From the IMG/VR virus record IMGVR_UViG_2534681736_000017: a stretch of 9,245 nt of DNA. One strand, given 5' to 3'. The stretch's first letter is position 1. Each line of letters starts with the position of its first letter. This document shows positions 6,624 to 9,245 of this stretch, in pieces. The notes beneath the pieces were generated by a model. That model saw nothing but the letters and a program-made list of their open reading frames with translations. It was not told the origin of the DNA and ran no database searches. Source of the DNA: a virus. Its lineage: Duplodnaviria; Heunggongvirae; Uroviricota; Caudoviricetes. The translations under genes were made by a program, and so were the position numbers.

Positions 6624-6962
6624 CTATTTCCCTGAATTTACGACGAAACTGTTCGAGCGGGCTGAAGCACTCATGCTCATAGCCTTCGCGGAGGTAGATA
6701 ACCCGTTGTGTTTCCGGTTCCCAACGAATGACTCTGACGGGCACTCCGTAGTGATCTTTGAACCAGCGGTTAACTTGTCGCAAAGGACTGTCTCCTTTTG
6801 CCTGTTGAAATCACCCACAGCCCACTCTGCAAAGCTGTGGGTTACAATTTCCCTGTCACCTGGTACATTCACTGCATAGCAATACTCCACCTTCGCTTTT
6901 CCACCCGGTACAGGAAGTGCAATCAGTTGCGAGCGACGGTAGTGTGTTGTTAAACTGTTCAT
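6624..6962 (-). CDS. Hypothetical protein (112 aa) between the CII-like and replication genes
   Basis: Start ATG overlaps the CII-like stop (ATGA), and its stop sits immediately before the SD of the replication gene, which fits the coupled operon. No family recognised and the composition is unconvincing. A competing plus-strand ORF (6607-6879) exists. Confidence 0.4.
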   Translation of the reverse strand: MNSLTTHYRRSQLIALPVPGGKAKVEYCYAVNVPGDREIVTHSFAEWAVGDFNRQKETVLCDKLTAGSKITTECPSESFVGNRKHNGLSTSAKAMSMSASARSNSFVVNSGK

Positions 6963-7510
6963 GCGTTAGTTTCTCCACAGTCACGACACGCCACGGCGCC
7001 CGGAGCTGCACACTCGCGGGCGTCATTACTTTCTGAAATGCAAAAAATTTTGTAGACCAGTGCTGCATGCTCCTGCAGCTTCGAAATTGAGAGGTACAGC
7101 TCGTCGTTAATTGCTGTCTTCTCATGCGGTTCCACTACACCGTCTTCAATTGCTGAACGAATCTGTTTTGAATAACTGCCGATCTGTTCAATGACCTCCA
7201 GCAGGCGTTGGTTGATATCGGCGTTGTCCACATCCTCGACATCAGGAAGAGACACAAAGACGCCATTTGCAGACTGCGCCACAGCGTCAGCAATGAAGTG
7301 AGTTCCACCAGCACGTTGCAAAATCATTGCCCATCCCAGCGGGAAAATCTGATCGCCATCGGCACGAAGGCGGTTAAATAATGCGTTCTCTGTTACATCC
7401 AGCCAGTCAGCAGCTTCAGCGTACCCCCCCGGCAACGCTGCGATAGTTTTTCTGACAGCTTTCACGTACCACTCAGGCTGTTTTTCTACTTTCCAGTGAT
7501 GCTTACCCAC
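6959..7510 (-). CDS. CII-like phage regulatory protein (186-type CII family-like), 183 aa, GTG start
   Basis: [37 protein letters not shown] resembles the phage 186 CII segment (NKLNPEQPHQFTPPELWLL...LVDGFLAQ) by recollection. GTG at 7510 is preceded by AGGAGGT with 6-nt spacing and overlaps the Cro-like gene end. Confidence 0.55.
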   Translation of the reverse strand: MGKHHWKVEKQPEWYVKAVRKTIAALPGGYAEAADWLDVTENALFNRLRADGDQIFPLGWAMILQRAGGTHFIADAVAQSANGVFVSLPDVEDVDNADINQRLLEVIEQIGSYSKQIRSAIEDGVVEPHEKTAINDELYLSISKLQEHAALVYKIFCISESNDARECAAPGAVACRDCGETNA

Positions 7511-7763
7511 GGTTCACCTCCTGTTCCTGTGGTTTAAACCCATTCTGGTTTTGGCTAGATTGAAAACGTGCCGGATAAAGAATCTGCATTTCGCTGACTT
7601 CACCCTTAAAAAAATTGGCTAAACGTTCTGCAAGCTCGATAGATGGAATCTGCTCCAGCCTCTCAATACGACTCAACGTCGCTGGATTGACTTGAACACC
7701 CGCAGCAACATGCTGCAAAGTGAAACCATGCGCCTTACGCACATTTCGTAATGGTGATTGCAT
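7503..7763 (-). CDS. Cro-like HTH (XRE-type) DNA-binding protein, 86 aa
   Basis: HTH segment FTLQHVAAGVQVNPATLSRIE. SD GGAGG lies 6 nt upstream of the ATG. It is the first gene of the rightward operon, divergent from the cI-like repressor. Confidence 0.75.
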   Translation of the reverse strand: MQSPLRNVRKAHGFTLQHVAAGVQVNPATLSRIERLEQIPSIELAERLANFFKGEVSEMQILYPARFQSSQNQNGFKPQEQEVNRG

Positions 7764-7860
7764 ACGCCCTCCAAATATTGCGCGTTATGCATGTTATTTC
7801 ACGCAATTATTTTGCGCAAGTTGATTTGCTTATCACGCAATAAAGAAATGTAATAAACGC
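7764..7860. promoter_or_regulatory. Divergent immunity control region (PR-like and PRM-like promoters with repeated operator half-sites)
   Basis: Four copies of a 7-mer CACGCAA or its complement: TTGCGCG 7778-7784, CACGCAA 7800-7806, TTGCGCA 7812-7818, CACGCAA 7834-7840. They include a 19-bp palindrome CACGCAA-TTATT-TTGCGCA (7800-7818). Candidate PR on the minus strand: -35 TTGCGC, 17-bp spacer, -10 TAACAT. Candidate PRM on the plus strand: TTGATT (7821-7826) with an AT-rich -10 near 7849-7856. Confidence 0.6.
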
Positions 7861-8553
7861 ATGAACATAGGAAACCGAGTCAGACAACTTCGCCAAGCGA
7901 AGAACATGAAAATCGCCGATCTCGCTGAAGCGATAGGAGTAGATGCGGCGAACATCTCGCGCTTAGAAACGGGTAAGCAAAAACAATTTACCGAACAAAC
8001 ACTGAGTAATATTGCCAAGAGCTTAGGTGTTGATATTGCTGATCTCTTTACCTCTGCCCACAAAAGTAATACTGTATATAAAAACAGTAATAATGAGGAT
8101 GTTGCGCAGGTGAAGGATGTGTTCCGTATTGAAATGCTGGATATCAGTGCCAGTGCGGGAAATGGCCTTATCCAGGGCGGTGATGTCATTGATGTGATTC
8201 ATGCCATCGAATACAGAACTGATAATGCTGTATCAATGTTCGGCGGACGACCAGCCAATCACATCAAAGTTATCAACGTTCGTGGGGACAGTATGTGTCC
8301 AACCATTGAGCCAGGAGATCTCATCTTCGTTGATGTCAGCATCAATCAGTTTGATGGTGATGGTATATATGTCTTTGGTTTTGATGACAAAATATACGTT
8401 AAAAGACTTCAAATGATTCCTGACAAACTGCTGGTGATTTCTGATAACCAGATTTACCGTGAATGGGGAATTACTAGCGAAAACGAACACCGATTCATGG
8501 TCTTTGGAAAGGTCTTAATCAGTCAGTCGCAAACCCTTAAGAGACATAATTAA
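7861..8553 (+). CDS. cI-like phage repressor (HTH_XRE N-terminal domain plus S24 LexA-like autopeptidase domain), 230 aa
   Basis: N-terminal HTH (MKIADLAEAIGVDAANISRLETGKQ). Candidate Ala-Gly cleavage site A99-G100 (SASAGNG), Ser nucleophile in RGDSMCP (S144) and Lys in YVKRL (K181). No SD before the ATG, so possibly leaderless like lambda cI. Confidence 0.9.
   Translation: MNIGNRVRQLRQAKNMKIADLAEAIGVDAANISRLETGKQKQFTEQTLSNIAKSLGVDIADLFTSAHKSNTVYKNSNNEDVAQVKDVFRIEMLDISASAGNGLIQGGDVIDVIHAIEYRTDNAVSMFGGRPANHIKVINVRGDSMCPTIEPGDLIFVDVSINQFDGDGIYVFGFDDKIYVKRLQMIPDKLLVISDNQIYREWGITSENEHRFMVFGKVLISQSQTLKRHN
8070..8089. promoter_or_regulatory. Near-consensus LexA (SOS) box inside the cI-like coding sequence
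   Basis: TACTGTATATAAAAACAGTA matches the E. coli LexA box consensus TACTGTATATATATACAGTA at 18 of 20 positions, with perfect CTGT-N8-ACAG. It is the only CTGT-N8-ACAG in the window. Function is unproven. Confidence 0.45.
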
Positions 8554-8572
8554 CCTCAATATCCCATCCATC

Positions 8573-8597
8573 GGCCACCGAAAGGTGGCTTTTTATT
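8573..8597 (+). terminator. Rho-independent terminator downstream of the cI-like gene
   Basis: Stem GCCACC (8574-8579) / GGTGGC (8584-8589) with a GAAA tetraloop, followed by TTTTTATT; 20 nt after the cI stop. Confidence 0.8.
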
Positions 8598-8829
8598 ACC
8601 TATAAATTTGCATATCTCGCAATTTAATTTTATCTTTTATTCCAGACCAACTACAGGATTACAACAAAATCTGGTTGCAACACGGTGCATGTGTCGTAAG
8701 CAGTCAGTAAATGTCAAAAACGAACAGGCAGGACGCCCACGAAGTAGCCGCCTGGGGCATATGAAGTCCAGGATGATTCGTTGAGTCATGTTGTGCCACT
8801 AGGCACTCATGTTAAAGCAGGTGTATGAA

Positions 8830-9105
8830 ATGAAAGTCCAGATTTTAAACAATAACTGTGAAGTCGTTTGGTCATACGACATAGCCGCCCCTGTAGATCA
8901 GAGCGGCGATAGCTGGACCAATGGGAAACATCAGATTATGGCTGGAGTTGTGTTCTCTTTACGCCGTGCTTTAGAACAGGCTGAAGTCTTTCCATCAGAC
9001 CCTGAATGGAAATGGCCTTTTTCTATTTGTCCAAATTCGGAGAGTACATTTCAGAAAATTGGTCAGAAAGTCGCACTCGAAGAGCATCAGCCAACTGTTT
9101 CCTGA
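8830..9105 (+). CDS. Hypothetical protein (92 aa from ATG at 8830)
   Basis: The ORF track starts at 8809, but the ATG at 8830 has an AGGTG SD with 6-nt spacing. No family recognised. An antisense reading frame through 9030-9176 also looks protein-like, so the coding strand here is uncertain. Confidence 0.35.
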   Translation: MKVQILNNNCEVVWSYDIAAPVDQSGDSWTNGKHQIMAGVVFSLRRALEQAEVFPSDPEWKWPFSICPNSESTFQKIGQKVALEEHQPTVS

Positions 9106-9176
9106 TTTTTTCAGGTAACTCGTCGGCATCGCAGAAACAACAACGCTCGATCATGTTGAAAGCCGATTCGTAGAAC

Positions 9177-9245
9177 TGAACCGCCCCGGAAATCCTGGAG
9201 ACTAAACTCCCTGAGAAAGAGGTAAACAGGATGACTAAAAATACT
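9177..9245 (+). mobile_element. Probable left end of an IS3-family insertion sequence (IS629-like), truncated by the window edge
   Basis: Sequence begins TGAACCGCCCCGG, as IS3-family terminal repeats begin with TG. About 54 nt later AGAGG-N8-ATG (9231) opens an ORF starting MTKNT, which matches my recollection of IS629-type OrfA (MTKNTRFSPEV...). Only 5 codons are visible; not verifiable within the window. Confidence 0.45.

Noticed and set aside
6607-6879. 90-aa plus-strand ORF starting with GTG
   Set aside because: It competes with the minus-strand 112-aa ORF, which is coupled at both ends to flanking operon genes. The plus-strand ORF would start inside the initiator's ribosome-binding region. 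Kept only as an alternative because neither has recognisable homology.
7833-8189. 118-aa minus-strand ORF antisense to the cI-like gene
   Set aside because: It overlaps the operator region and the strongly supported HTH/S24 repressor gene, and has no SD.
9101-9115. Short inverted repeat CCTGA-TTTTT-TCAGG after the 8830-9105 ORF
   Set aside because: The 5-bp stem includes the stop codon and is too weak, with too few flanking U residues, to call an intrinsic terminator.
1-9245. Search for tRNA, rRNA and CRISPR arrays
   Set aside because: No cloverleaf-compatible GC-rich stems, no rRNA-like conserved blocks and no regularly spaced repeat-spacer array were seen. The only periodic repeats are the replication iterons.

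Overview
This window reads as the early-right arm (immunity, replication, nin-like region, Q) of a mosaic lambdoid prophage, probably from an enterobacterial host. All calls rest on reading the ORF translations and DNA by eye; no database search was run, so family names are motif-level recognition, not hits. Eleven minus-strand genes form one long, mostly translationally coupled operon: Cro-like HTH (7503-7763), CII-like, a 112-aa ORF, an iteron-containing replication initiator, a PerC-like regulator, a Dam-type N6-adenine methyltransferase, a LexA DNA-binding-domain-only protein, RusA, a KilA-N protein, a DUF968/HNH-like protein and a Q-like antiterminator (1228-1980). Downstream of Q sit a pR'-like promoter, a short-transcript terminator, and two cargo ORFs (a GNAT-like 180-aa protein and a 61-aa protein) in the slot that Stx phages use for toxin genes. 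A cI-like HTH/S24 repressor (7861-8553, + strand) is transcribed divergently from the Cro-like gene across an operator-rich 97-bp region, and it carries a near-consensus SOS box inside its coding sequence. The right edge (9177-9245) looks like the left end of an IS3-family insertion sequence. The candidates I consider most worth follow-up are the Q-controlled cargo locus, the uncleavable LexA-like protein and the intragenic SOS box. No rRNA, tRNA or CRISPR array was seen.
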